Assembly (NCBI RefSeq): GCF_905237075.1
Contig: NW_026136706.1
Span: 24,783,935-24,847,934, forward strand
DNA from: Dicentrarchus labrax
Taxonomy: Eukaryota
Direction: 5' to 3'
Length of the DNA: 64,000 nt
The notes under the pieces are model-generated. The model was not told where the DNA came from. It saw only the letters and a program-made list of their open reading frames with translations, and did not search any database. This document shows, piece after piece, positions 44,991 to 59,100 of the stretch; position 1 is the stretch's first letter; every line of letters begins with the position of its first letter. Both the position numbers and the translations under genes were made by a program.

Positions 44991-47916
44991 GGCAAGTGGA
45001 GACATAGTCATGCACAGTGAAATCACCTTCTTCTGTGTTATATTCTTCCATGCTTGTAACTGCTGCTATTCATTCTTTTTTTAACCATCAAATAAAAGAT
45101 GAAGCCAGCACCAGTGTAAAGTGTACTGGTTTAGTCTTCAAAGGGCCAATACAACCCCGGAAATGCAGTTTTCCATTCCAGAAAGTGATTACAGCCTCCT
45201 ACCTTTAGTAGTTTGTGTTCTGCCACAAAATGATTTGATTTCACTTGTGAGTTATTTTTTGAAGGTTAGAGCTCACCCATTTTCTACTTTTGGAAATACC
45301 TTTAAAGTGGAGAATTCGGGGCTGAATATTCATCAAATGTAGATAGTGATGTTTCTCAACAAATCAGAATTATTTTCATTCATTCATAAATGCTTAGAAA
45401 AAGACAACCACGGTGCTGAGAGAATCCGACTGCCGTTTACTATGTGACGACGGACGTTCATGATGCGTGTCTGCTGTGGTAGAACAACAAAGATGGACTA
45501 CAAAAAGCGCATTTTAGATACTTAGCACTTGCACTCTTACCGTGTTGTTTCATGTAAGCTTTATTGATCAACCCAGTGAACAATAGGACTTCATTGGCCT
45601 GGTTGGAAAATGAAAATGAATTAAATTAAAATAAAAAAGGGAATACAAAAGTCATACAAACCTACTACTGAACATAATATTTTGCACATCTTCATTTAAA
45701 GAATAATAATAGTCTTTGACTTGCAGTACTTGTTTCACTTATCCTGTGTTCATTGTTATGCACCAATATAACGAGGTAAATTCCTGTATGTGGAAACGTA
45801 CTTAATGTACACTCATTCTGAATCTGATCATTCTTAAGGTTCAGCATCTGAGAGTGAAGAACAATTCAAATATTTAAATGATATTCCTAAAGGCTGCAAA
45901 TGAGGAATATGTTACGCTACGGTGTATAAACTTCAGTTTGATCATTTTAATATAATAATATTTATACACAAAGATCGTTTGTATTTGAGAACAGGTGGCT
46001 TTTCCGCAAGGAATTGTGGGACGGCATTATCTCCTTCAAGTATCCCTATGCTAAAGGAGATAATAAAGGAAGCATTGAAGCTCCTTTCCTCAGCATTTAG
46101 AGAATTCCAACAGCTCTTAACACTCACATACTTCTGGGCCCTTTCACTCAGTTAGAAACCGTCCTGATCAAAAATACTACTGGACCAGACCCCAGAGCTA
46201 CAGGAAGGAGCTCTCTAAAAAACAACAAACAACAAAAAGAGTGTGGAAACCTGGCCTTGTTTACCATAATACAGCCTCACACTAACACAGATACATAAAT
46301 GTAGGTGCAATGTTGCAAAACTAATCATACTGGGGATAGTTTTAAAGTGCAGGTGAAACTGGAATAAGAGAGCTGTTAGCGTTTCACACATATTTACGCA
46401 TTTCCTGTATAAAACAGGCAGTCAGGGAAGGACCTGTTGCCGTAGCCAAAAGCGCTGTGTGTTACGTCCCCCCAGTCCAGCATCTCTAGCGGACCCATTA
46501 GCTGGCTCTGTCGGACTGGGAGCTCCAGTAGAATTTTTTTTTTTTTTCATTTTTTGGGTCTACATTGCTAAATAGGGGTATAATATGACAGAGGATGCAA
46601 TCTTTAAAGGGTTCAAATTACATTTTTCATTTCACCTGGACTATAAACAATTGAAAGATACAAAATTAAAAGCATAGAATACCCATTGTTAATATAGTAA
46701 AACCAACAATACAAATGTAATTAAAAAAAAAACATGAAGGAAAATTAAACATGCTAAAATAAATGATACATTTCTGGAAACATTTGTGGAACGTTGTACA
46801 CTTTCAACCTCATTTTCGCTACATAGCACATACCGGTAGTTCTGTACCGTAGATAGTGTAATTTCCACCTTGCATGAAATGGGGGACACACTATAAAAAG
46901 TAGAAGCAGGTTCACTTTTGACTAATATCATGAAGAAACCAGTGAATAATAAGCCGGTATTGGCGCTACTGCTCTGTCCAGCTGCAATTTGCTGCAAGAA
47001 GAAGGTGACACGGTAAAATGTTGTGATTGTCATTTACACTAAGTGTGCAATGGCCCTGCTCGATTTGAGACAATACTACTACACTGCCGAAATTAAGTAA
47101 GTACTAAGTGTGCATTGTGTACTACATAGAAGTGTACTAACAGACGTATCCAAATTGAGACACAGCATCTTTCTCTCTTTACCACACAAGCCCCATTCTG
47201 TTAGTGAACGGCAGCTACATTAGCAATTAGCTGAGGCAGAGCAGCTGGAGGTCATCAGCGGGAAAACGGCCAGATGTTCATAATGTTGTGGCTGATCTGT
47301 GTTTTTTAAGTTTTCATCAGGTGATTCTGATGGAGAAAGAAGGAGGTTGTGGCGTGATTGCATTTGGTGTCCGGGCCTATGAGTAAAACAGGTTATTTTG
47401 ACAGTGCTACATTGTTTTTTTGTGTGCAATGTTTACTCAGTTGTGCAGGATCCTAACAGTATTGCACAAACGCTAGAGGTCAAAATGATGCCTAGAGCAA
47501 GCCCAATTGCCCATTTCTAACACAATCACCGTTCAGTCCCAAGTGCATTTGTCAGGTTGAGTCAGTTAGTTGCACTGACTGAGCTGTGAAGCACAACAAA
47601 CTGAAGCCGCCGTGTACAACATTCACATCCTAATACAGCAGGACCGCAGGACATGATTTGGCCGAGATATTTAACACCACTACCAGCTTGGCAAATACTG
47701 ATGGTGTGAGCTGTGGAGGACGTGGGAGCAGTTGTGTCCAAGAAAATTTCTGGATGACAAATTGGACAATAACTGTTATATGCATCATGCTGGGAAGGAA
47801 ACACAACGATTGACAGACAGAACAGCAGGACGCAAGTTCATCACAATCGGAGCTTCCTCTCATCCTGTGATTGCTAAAAGCTGAACAACGGAATGAAATC
47901 AACGCTGAATGCTACA

Positions 47917-47933
47917 CACTCTCTCTCTCTCTC

Positions 47934-47968
<35 letters not shown>
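47917..47968. repeat. (CT)9(CA)~17 compound microsatellite
   Basis: Direct read. Confidence 0.9.
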
Positions 47969-47971
<3 letters not shown>

Positions 47972-49324
47972 CATCCCAGTGGGGATTTTCACAGCTGCCA
48001 TCTCTGCCTGCCAGGACTTGCATCATCAGGTACCAGAAACCTCCAAAGCTTTTGAAAAGCCTCAAAGAGATGAGAGAATCACTGATAAACCTGAGAATAT
48101 TCTGAATCCCCCACAAACTGAAGGATAAAGCATAGTGTGTGAAATTATTATATTCCCAGTATTAGTATTGTGCGCTTAGATAAATCTTCCTAAATCAAAA
48201 GAAAATATATTTTCTTTAGACAGTCTGGGGATATTTTCCTACATATAGATTCAATCTCTGCACGCCTTTGCCTAACAGCAGCTACCTTTCATGTCTGCCT
48301 TAGCATCTTGTGGCAAACTTTCCAGCCGCTGCAGACAGCACCTTATCTGAGTCACAGAGTGTTTAATTGGAGTATTACTACAGAGAGAGCCGATTGCAGA
48401 TCGGCTTTGATACCCCTCCCCCCTGCAACCCGACATCTAGACTGTCTTTGAGTAGCCTTGCAGTAGTGGTGCCACAGTGAGTGAGTCAGCTTTTATTCAG
48501 AGCGAGGGCTGAACAGAGTTATGAGTCAGCTTTCTCATTACTGTACAGCCCCCTTTGAGTCTGTAGAGCAGTTATCTGCATGTATTTACTGAAGGCAGGA
48601 AGGAACGTTGTCACAACATATTGTCCACTTGTAATATATTACGCACCTAATATCTTAGCTGTGTAGTGTTTGCCATGTTGTACTGAGCTACAGTGATAAA
48701 CCAGCTGGGATTGATTCAGGACTCACTGAACCAGATGGAGAGCACACATGACACCCATTTTACAAACTTTACAGTGGCTGCCTATCAGTTTTTGTATTGC
48801 TGTTTAAATTGCTTGACCAGTTTATGAACCATTACATAGTCTTGAACCAGTCTGATATGAAGTATAAACCAGGGGCTTGTTTCATAAAAGCGATTTACAA
48901 GTCTTGTTTCACAAATGATTGCCACTCGCAAATCATGGGGAAATTTGCAAGCTCTTCAGCTCTCTTGCATGCTCATCACGAATACAGAATTTGTTCTGAA
49001 CAGTAAAGCGTGTTAAAATGAATGCAAAAACAAGAATTTATCTCATACTGCAGATTGGAGGTTGCAAATTTGAGTGAAACGGGCTCCAGGTCCTCTCATA
49101 ACAAACCTCTCAGTTGTTCCAAAACGCATGAGGAAAAGGTTTGAAGGGCTTTTAGTTTTTGTGCGTCGAGCCATTAGAACGGCCTGCCCTGAGGATCTGT
49201 GAGCAGCACAAAGCCCTGATATCTATGAAGATACATTCAAAATCTACCTCCAATAACTAATTTCTTTTCTTCTTTTAAAGTCCCCCTCCAGTCAAGAAGC
49301 TGTTGTTCTTCTTGTTCCTACAGT

Positions 49325-49460
49325 ATGATGTTTGAATGCTGTCTGTGCAGAGTTTGACACTAGAGGGATGTTTTCACATTCATCTGCTGAAAGTGGAAAG
49401 TTTCTCTGTGCTCATTGAAAATCAGATTTTAAGGGGCGGGGCCTACCAGCAGGATTTGTG
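49325..49460. repeat. Inverted copy of the 39595-39755 repeat
   Basis: Reverse-complement alignment. Confidence 0.7.
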
Positions 49461-52400
49461 ACATCACACAGCAGGAAAACTTTGAACACAAAAAATAACA
49501 AAATGTGCATATTTGTATATATATATCGGCAGATTCTGGGTTTGGCAATAAGGTAGAAGGAGTAGATGTCCCTACAAGATTGTAATGTGGAAATTACCCT
49601 TTCTTTGAAGTCTTTTCTGTAGATATGTCTTTATACATGCCTGGAGGGGGTAGTATTAGTCAGTGTATTGGGATACTCATCTGCATTAGTCGCCAATAGT
49701 TTTACAGATAACATTCTCTTATTAGTAGCTTATCAGTCAAAACCTCTATGAGAAATGAAGTTTGATTGATTGAGCTAATTCTGTTGTTTACCTCAGAAGT
49801 ATAAAAATGGAGGAGCAGTGACTGTAGTTACTCCAACATCATAAGAGGACAAAGCTCTGAGCCTTCCAACTGGACTTCCTGGATTCAAATGCATCTTTTC
49901 GTCAGTACACACAGCGACCTGCCCACTCCTGAATTTGACATTGTGCCTACTTGTCACAGAGTACTGCAGTGCCCAAAGCTGCCAGGAGGAGGAGCTCTGG
50001 CTCCTACAGTATAGGCACCAAAGCGCTCAGACCACAGACACAGTAGATGGTGGTTAGTATGAGGATTTCATCCCAGTCACATTCCGTCTTTTGGGAGCAA
50101 CACATGGTCAAAATTTCCCTGAATAGTCATCCCCTCACACACCAGACAGTTGTCCTCCTGATTGATTCCATTCATACAAAAAAGTAAGGCCCATTAAAGC
50201 TCCTCCCCCCTCATCCATCCTTTCCTCCTCCTTCTGCATCCTCTTTTTATACATCCTGTGTTCCCTGCCACCTGTCTACTCTCTTCCACTCCACTGATGT
50301 TATTTACTCCACTGACTCTTATTATTGTACAGTATGTCACATCAGCTGGATTGGAAGGAAGAATTCCCTCCATCTTTCTCAGTTTCTCCTCCTCACCCTC
50401 CTCTTGTGGCTCAGTTAAGCTTGAATGAAAGAGCGGGGGGGGGATACTGTAGCAGCAGTCTGAGGTTAATGTCACACGACTGAAAATCTATGACGCCTGC
50501 GGTGGCCTGCAGGGTGGTGGATGACAGCAACTGCCCAAATATCAATGCAAGACACATACATATACCAGTGGAAGAGCAATTTGAGGAACAGTGTGCATCA
50601 GGATACCTGACCATTTTATGAGTACACCTCCCAAAATAAACACTTACAATTTCCCTAAAAACAAAAAAACAGGTCCCCTTAGAGCCGGGTTATCTCTTTG
50701 CTTTTCAGGCACAGACTAAATTATGCCAAAAAATTGGCAACAGATTCTTTGTCCGATTTTAGATCAATATTTCTTTGTTTAATTTGCTTACATGCAGGCT
50801 GTTCTGTATTCGATTAGTTGTACAGCGCATTTAAAAAAACAATTCTTAAAGGAAAATGCTCTTTTAACCCTTTAATATTCCAGTCATGTACGCCTCTTAA
50901 ACAATGTATGCCAAAAAATATGCAAAGACGTTATTTCTTTGTATTTTTAAAACTTTACCAGTGATTTGGGTGAAACTGCTGCTGTTAGCCAATGGAACAG
51001 GGCTCAGCAGCGTCCCAGTGAACACAACCTCAGAGACAGTACTCCGCGGTACTGAGGTGATTTATGGAGTTTGTTTGTTGCTAAAAGAAGCTAACTGCAG
51101 CTAACGGCAATGTTAGATGAATAGCACTCTGATGTCCGTTGATAGAACATGGCCTATTCAGCTGAATGAAACAGCAAAAGGTGTTGCAGATATTGTTTTA
51201 GTATCACCGAAACTGACGTGTCTTATTAGCGTGACTACTGGACTGCAGGAATTTGCAGCTGAGCTAGCACGACTCTGTGACACATTCTCAGGCAGAGTGG
51301 TGCTTTGAGCTAAATGTTAACAGCCCCATGCTAACATGCTCACAATGACATTTACTGATGGGTTGTTTGTGAATGAGTCGGCTCCTTTAAGTGAATGATT
51401 GGATCCTGCTCCCATCTGAGAGACAATGTCTTTTTCTTTTTTTTATAAATGAATAAAAGACAAAATAATAGGATGGAATAATATATCCGTTCAATACAAT
51501 CCAGAAACATTTCATTTTGGTAATAACAGTAAGATCCAAGCATGGTGAGACATTTGTATGTTGTGCCGGTCTGCAACCTAATTTGATTATGTTTGTTTGT
51601 GCTCAAATGAAAGATAAGTAATGTAATAAACCATGTTTAATCACACAACCACAAACTGTTGTTCCAGCATAGGAGGACTGTTTGATCTCTGGGACTCTTG
51701 GATATAAAGGAACTGCCATACTGAAGTCTGTTGTGCGACTGCCCTCCCCTACCCCCTGCAGCAAATGTTTGCCCCAGGGCCCACCTAACAGATTTATCCT
51801 GCCATGATCCATACAGACATATATAGAAAGACAAACAGGCCTTCTGTTTATTTCTGCTTTCTCCTGGCCTGCAGCAGATTGCTTTGCACAGTGCAATGAT
51901 CATAACAGTCAGCATTAATATTTTTGTGCTTGCTCTGCTCCCAGAGAGAAAGAGACAGAAGAGGTGGTGCAACTAGAGGGAAACCTTTTATGTTTTGAAG
52001 CAGGGGGTCGTTGTGGAAGCTGGAAATAAATGCTGCAGTTTCAGTTTAAATCCTTGACATCCATTTCCATTTTCCAAGTGCTGAATGGGAACGGACACAG
52101 TGTCCGGTTAAGATAGATGATATAAACCGATACATGCAGATTCTCACAAATTCAAACTCTATGAAGCAGAAGAGCACAGAATCGGAAAGAAGGCAGTCCC
52201 CTCCAGGAAGATGCAAAATTGCGATTGCAACAAATTCAACCAGTCCCTGTGAATTCTGCGCAACCTCGCAATTTTGTCCAATCACTGCGACTTTTCCACA
52301 AATTTTACCAATCTTTGTAGTTTCCCATGAGTTTCACCAATCATGGCAGTCCCCCATGCAAAACACCAAGCCATTTTATTCTCACCGGAACAAACTGACT

Positions 52401-55400
52401 TTGATTTTGTTTGCAATTTTCACTTTTTCCAGCATTTTCAATGCAAAAATTGCCTAAAAACATTGCAATAGGCTTCAACAATCTTGCAAAATCCTGGAGA
52501 GACTGAAAAGGCACACATGTCATTGTGAGTGTTTGGTTTTGTGTATATATGGACAATTTTATTTTATCTTCATTTGCCAAAGCAGAGTCTGCAAACTGCA
52601 GTCCAAGTTTATTGTCTCTGTTGTGAGTCCACTATGAGGTCTGCTTTTTGTGATATAAATTTCTCCTTGTTCTTGACTTCAAGCGAGCTGCATCCCATGG
52701 AGAACTTAGAATATTAAGTCCAAACTTTTCAGAAGCTGTGACCTCTTTTAACGAATTCTCATGAATTGGAGATCACTGGGAATTATAAATGGAAACGGCT
52801 TTGCTGTCAATAGCGTGCTTCATTCACGGATTCGCTCATGACTGAGCCACTGAATTACTTGAAAAATGACTTCATTTCTTGAGCTGCCATAAGCTTTCTG
52901 GCTGTTTCACATCATTTTCCCTCGTTATGTACATATATTGATAGTTTGCCTAAAATTGTAGATCCTGTTTCCCGCAAAGGTATGACATTGGATATTCTTC
53001 TGTTGTCTTGACCTGATGTGCATTCAGGAGGAACCTAGCACTATTTATTAGCAAATGTTTCAAGTTCTCATCTTTCAACAATGGCTGTGCATATCATTAC
53101 CAATTCAACACAAGTTCATAGATGGCCCACTTTTCCCTCCATTTTTTTTCCTTTTTAGAACAAATTGTTGAGTGGCAGCAATTTAGATCTTTTGTGTAGG
53201 AAATCATTCAGATATGTAAGAATAAATAGTATTAAGAACTGAGTGGTTAGCGTTTGACCACAAAGAATATAACTGCGTGAACCTCTGGAGCATGCCGAGT
53301 TTAAACATAAAAAAAATGCTTGGCACAAATGACTTTAAAAAAGCAGCATGTTGCAGATTACTTAAGCAACTCTTTGTTGAAATGCTGGCATTCAACTAAC
53401 CTTCCTCCACCTCTTGCTCAGAGTGAAATAAAAGGAATGTGTACGTGACTGCAGAGCTGAAATCAAGGTTGTTGTTTATGACTGAAAGGGGTTTGACTTG
53501 GAAACAGAACATGTTAACAGACAATGAGCTTCCTTATTAGAAAACAGAAAACTATCCGACGCCCATTGCAGTTCTGCATCATGGAGCACTAATGGAGGCA
53601 CTGCAGATAAAATTCAGGTACAGGTGTGAACACCTCATGAGAATGACGTATAACAAATGTATTTTAGAGATTCCTAGTCAGACAAAAATCCAACAGGCAG
53701 TGAAATGTGACTCTTCCTGCCAAACAGTATTAAATTGGCTCATTTTGTCTTTGCTTTCACTCGCTTGCCAGGTTTCTGATAACATATTCAATATAAAGCT
53801 GGCAGCAAATTAATGGCTCCTGACATAATAAACAGAACTCGATACCGTTTGCTTAGCCTGTGGGTGTGAAACCAATTCACTTCATAAATGTTGGCAATAG
53901 GCATCCAATTAATTTACTCCCTGTCAATATCTGTAGTTAACATGGAACAACAGGAAGCAGGACTACAACAAGTATTTACACATTTCTTATGTCAGACCAA
54001 AAAATAAGATAAGAAGTGCACAAACATTTTTCTATTTATTAATTTATTAATTTAAATATATTGTTTTTCTGTCCAGCTTTGCTTCAGTTCATGCAGAAGT
54101 TGTTAATTACAAGCAACAGAATCAGAACCATGATTGAAGTAATATAAGATGAAATTAAACAGTGATACCTGTGGGAAAATGTGGCTGTGCAGCAGAATAA
54201 GAAGCACTAGAAATAAACATTAGAAATAATTTCCAAGTATTAAAGTAAGGCTAAGGCTGTAAATACGTGTGAATTATACACAGGGTGAGTTTTTTTTTCG
54301 TCTGGTTTTGGTTCTGACAGAAGCTTGAAGCCTGGTGAGATGGATTCTCGCACGCTCTTGCGAGTCCAGCTGCTTATGGTAAGGTTATGGTAAATGATTA
54401 CACGCAAGGACAGAGCCGATGTGCCTCATGAACAGGGAATCCCAAAAAATGATTCATCTAGAATTGATAGTTTCACAGTGAGGGCTCAGCTGGAGACATG
54501 GGTGACTAGCGTAGTAGTTGTATAAGTGCAGTGGTGTTAACGTCATTTTAAGGGGGTAAAGATGTAATGTTTGAGGTTAATAAATTAATACATTGATTGG
54601 TTTTGTACATCAAAATAACATGAATTACCTAATTGCAGCAAACTCACCTATGTAGATAATTGAGTTTACTATTTTATATGCATTACATGGCCACAGACAC
54701 AAAAAGCTGAAATGAAGGTGGCCATGATAATGGTGCTCAACATCCCATTGGCATTTCTAATCACCTAAGGGCTGCATACATTTGTGTCGTCACAATGAGA
54801 GAGAATTCACTGACCGGCAAACTGTGGAGGTGTGATTCAACGATTGCTCGACATGGGGCCGACATCAGGGACCAGCTGAAGCTCTGCAGAGGCCGTATTT
54901 AGCTAAATGAAAGGTGATGGAAGGGCACAATATCCCACGGGCCAACTGTGTGGCCCTTGCAGCTGATAATGCTAGTGTGATTCTGGGAATCAGGACTTCC
55001 TGGAGGGTCCTGGATCAAAAATCCATTCATCTGCATTCTTGGCTGTTGCTGCCACATTGTGCACAATAACGCAAACGCTGTTTGCTTGCTTTACTCCGAG
55101 GTAATGGCTTGACAGTCACAGCTGCATTCTCCATTTGCAATGCTTACATTTTACATTAAGTCAAATTATAAAAAGTAACTACGTTTTTTTCTCACCCTCC
55201 AGATGTCAGCCTTTAATGTTAAAGATTTCTGTATTGATCTTGTTTGGATATCCAGCGTCAAGAAGAAGAATACGCTTTTCTTGATGAAAAAATATTCTCA
55301 CCTTACACAATGATTCTGAAATTGTTTGAAGGGCCACTCTAAAATACTTATTTTGTTCTTTTGTTCTACTCTGTATTTTGCATGTTTTGTGACACTATGA

Positions 55401-55894
55401 GTACATGGAGGCACAGCATTTGAGCAGTTTGGATCTGGCTGTCAACCGCATACTCTACAAGACCCTGACAAGCTATTTCAGTCCCACTAGTTTGTATTTC
55501 TATTTTAATTATGAAAAATATAATGAAAAATGCATAAACAAAAATTTCTCTACTTACTATTTAATTAGGAACTTTTTGTCTTTTACAAGAAAAAGCAAGC
55601 CAGGTGTTTGTGGAACTTTATCAGGGTCCATTGACGGAGGGTCATCTCCTCTTCTACTAATCTGCTGTTCTAGAGACACCCATGCTCTTATGGTCAGGTG
55701 CATGACTTAACTGTTTCAGTTATTGTATTGGTTATGTCAAGTATAATTAATTAATGCATTACTGTTTATGGATGGGGGTAGGGAATTTCCCCTGCAATGA
55801 TTTAAGGTGGCTCAATACCATGGTATGCAGTATTATTGCCATTTTTGTTGTTTCTGCAAATTGCTTTTTTACAAATGGATTCAGTTCAATTTCA

Positions 55895-56115
55895 TTTGTA
55901 TAGTGCCAATTTATAACAGAAGTTATCTCAGGACACTTTTCAAATGGAGCAGGTCTAGACCGCACTCCTTATAACATTATTTACAGAGACCCAGCAGTTC
56001 CCACCATGAGCAAGCACTTGGCGACGGCAGCAAGGCAGAAACCTCGAGCAGACCACGTCTCTAGGTGGGTGGCCGTCTGCCTCGACCGGTTGGGGTGTTT
56101 GATGTTTCATCTCAG
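55895..56115. repeat. Copy of an interspersed element common in teleost assemblies (…gcagaaacctcgagcagaccacgtctctaggtgggtggccgtctgcctcgaccggttggggtg…)
   Basis: Recognised from memory of a frequently seen fish repeat consensus. This is not database-verified. Confidence 0.4.
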
Positions 56116-59100
56116 TACCTGCTTGTTCTAATCACCTCGTCCTGTCTCCTGTGTCTGTGATCTGTTAACTGCCGACATTTAGCCAAATAAAGTCACCAGT
56201 AAGTTAATATTCTGAAAGTCTGATCCGAAAGCTGATGTCAACGTTTTTGAAGCCTGTAGCTTTTTTGTAGTTTAGGTGTTGATTTTCAGGATCAGGAAAA
56301 AACAACTACTGATTTTAATATATTATACGACCATTTAATGATAACTGATCTACAGATAGATAGTGTAGGCAAAATGGTGCAAGGGTGAGAAATAGTCTTT
56401 TATCTTTTTTGCCTTTCACACCTCCAACTTGGTATTGGACTGACAACAAAAGCCACACTGACAAGGCTGTATGGAGCTGGTGAGATTCCCTCGGGTGATG
56501 TCACCAAATTCTACAAGGTAGAAAGAGGCTTCCTGCTAGGGCCTACAGAATATGCACTGAAGAAGCTACCGCTGAATGAACTCCCTGCTGCCACATGCTG
56601 AGTTTGTGGACTTCAGGCAGAGACAAAACTTGCATGTGGATGATGTGCTCTACTTACTGAACTCTTATCTTCACGTTATCATGTTCAGGTTGCTTTATTT
56701 GTACCCGTAGGTAGATTTGAAAGGCATCCATCATAACACACATTTACACAGAAGAGAGACAATAGATAAACATGTAACACGTACTGAAGGCGACAATAAC
56801 CAGGACTTAAAATAAGAATAAAAAACACTCAAATAGATAACCACTACAAGAACACTGAAACGTGTTCATCTGAGTGATTGCTGCTGGAACAGTTATTTTA
56901 ATACTTCATTTAAACAATGTGAGATGTTAAATAAAGACAAAGTGTGATTTTGATATAGGCTTCACCAGCAGCCGTGATGGGTGAGAAAAGACTGCTCTCT
57001 GGGGTGTTAAATAGGGAGATTATACTATTGAAACAAGTTCTTTGTTTCTGTTTAGAAAAAGAATTGGTTATAGTTTTATGGAGGTTTTATTTCCAGAATT
57101 CAATCATCAAACAGAGAAACAAACTTCTGAATTTTTTTTTTTCAATTCTAACTAATGCTGTTGCAGTTTTCTTTTCCCAAATACAAACACTCTTCCTTTT
57201 GAATACCCAAGGGACCAGGACAGGATTGCAGATGCTGGAAGAACACTTGACTACGCGGAATAGCAGAGTAACCACTAAAGAACAGGTCCCGTGGACAGCT
57301 TGTTCTATGCCTACCTCACTTTAATGTAGATACAGACCGAGTCTTCTCAACAACTGGTCTGAACTATTGACAGTTTATAATTAGTGGACAGAGCTTCCAG
57401 GTCTGTGAAGTAAAGCCAGAGCGTAAGTGTCTTGTACGTGCATTCATTCTAATGACCAGCAGTGAACTGGAACAGAACTTGTTCCATGTTGGTGGAAAAG
57501 CAGTACCAGTGGGCCACGCCATTCACATGAAGTTGCCTTTCAAGCCAACTGGGCCAGCCACTCTAGTTTGAGCAGATATGTGTCAATAGAAGGCCGGGTC
57601 CTGCCACGGCCACACCACATCCCACTGCTCTTTGCTTAGGTCATGATAGACTTCAAGGACGCCTTAAAGAAGCATTAAGTCAGACAATGCTGTGGAAGGT
57701 TTCAGATATAACTAGTAACTATATGTAAGACTAGTGGAGCTATAAAGTAAGGATGACAGCTGGACTACTGAGTGGACCATGGCATTCAGATGAAACAGCC
57801 TAATAAAGCTAGTGAGGCCAACAACAGCAACAGTTTAGTGGATAAAATACATATTTATGGACTGGTTAAGTCACAGAGCATCAGCTGTGCTTGTCATAAG
57901 AGCAGGAGTTAAAGGCAGCTTAAAGGTAAGTTACGTCAGCCTTCCATCGAAATGTTCACTTAACATTTGGCACATTTTACTGCCTGTTGATAACTGCTAA
58001 TTGTATTTTCTGGATATTTAAATATTTTTTAGCTGATATTTTGTTGGATTTGGGATATTATAGGCTTAGATTAATTAAACATTAAACTTAACATTAAACA
58101 TCAAATAAGAGTGTGGCAGTTGGATAGAAGTCTCAACCAAGTCAACATCTTAGAAGCCATGTTTTCAGTTTGAGGAAATCAGACATTTCTTTTTATGTCT
58201 TTCCTTTTTTTTTTTCTTGACAGCCTTCTTCCCTTTTTTACACTGACCTCCTGACTGACTGACTGAATGCAGACTTTAAGACTTCAGCTGTTTAGTAGAT
58301 TTCTGTTTCCTTTCAAGACTAACAGCCCATGAAGCAAAAGCCTCAGAAAGATGTCCTATAAGGTGACTTTCCTTCGATGTTTTTTTGCCAGATACTGGCA
58401 GTGAAAGTCAGTCACTTTCACTGGTGCTGCCTCCCTGAAATCTAATTTCATGCAGCTCTCACCATGCACTATCCTCTGGTTACGCTTCTGATCTAATATC
58501 TCAGCCGTTAGATTGATTTACGTTGCTACAGCTTCTATTTGGAATGCTTCTTTGTTAATGTAACCGTCTTTTAATGGAATAACTGAACTTACATGCTTTT
58601 TACATTCATGTTGTAGGCCATTTGGGCTTGGACCGTATTACATACCACTGTACTGCACCAACACACAGCCAGGAGATATTCTTTAAAAGTCAATTTTAAG
58701 AATATCTTTGACAGGAGAGAATCTGAAACTGACTGGACTTTGTTTCAACCGCTTGTTGTTTTGTTTGATTCCAGAAAATTACTTAAAGGTCCAGTGTGTA
58801 ACATTTAATTAGCTTACAGCTAATTGGCTCCACCGTGTCAGAACCCACTTATAGGGTCAACCCTGTTTACTGGAAATTACGTTCATATACTTACTTTGCA
58901 ACTGAAAATACTTTGCAACAATACACTCAGCTCAGAATTTGATACAATTCACAATGCTAGGTTCACAATATGATTTTTTTTTTTTTACGATTTGTTTCAT
59001 AAAATGAGATTGAAGGCAAAAAATGTTTTTTTCTCTACACATATTTTTGCACATTATTTTTCAAATCAAATTAAATAATCCTTTTTTTATTTCTGAGTGA

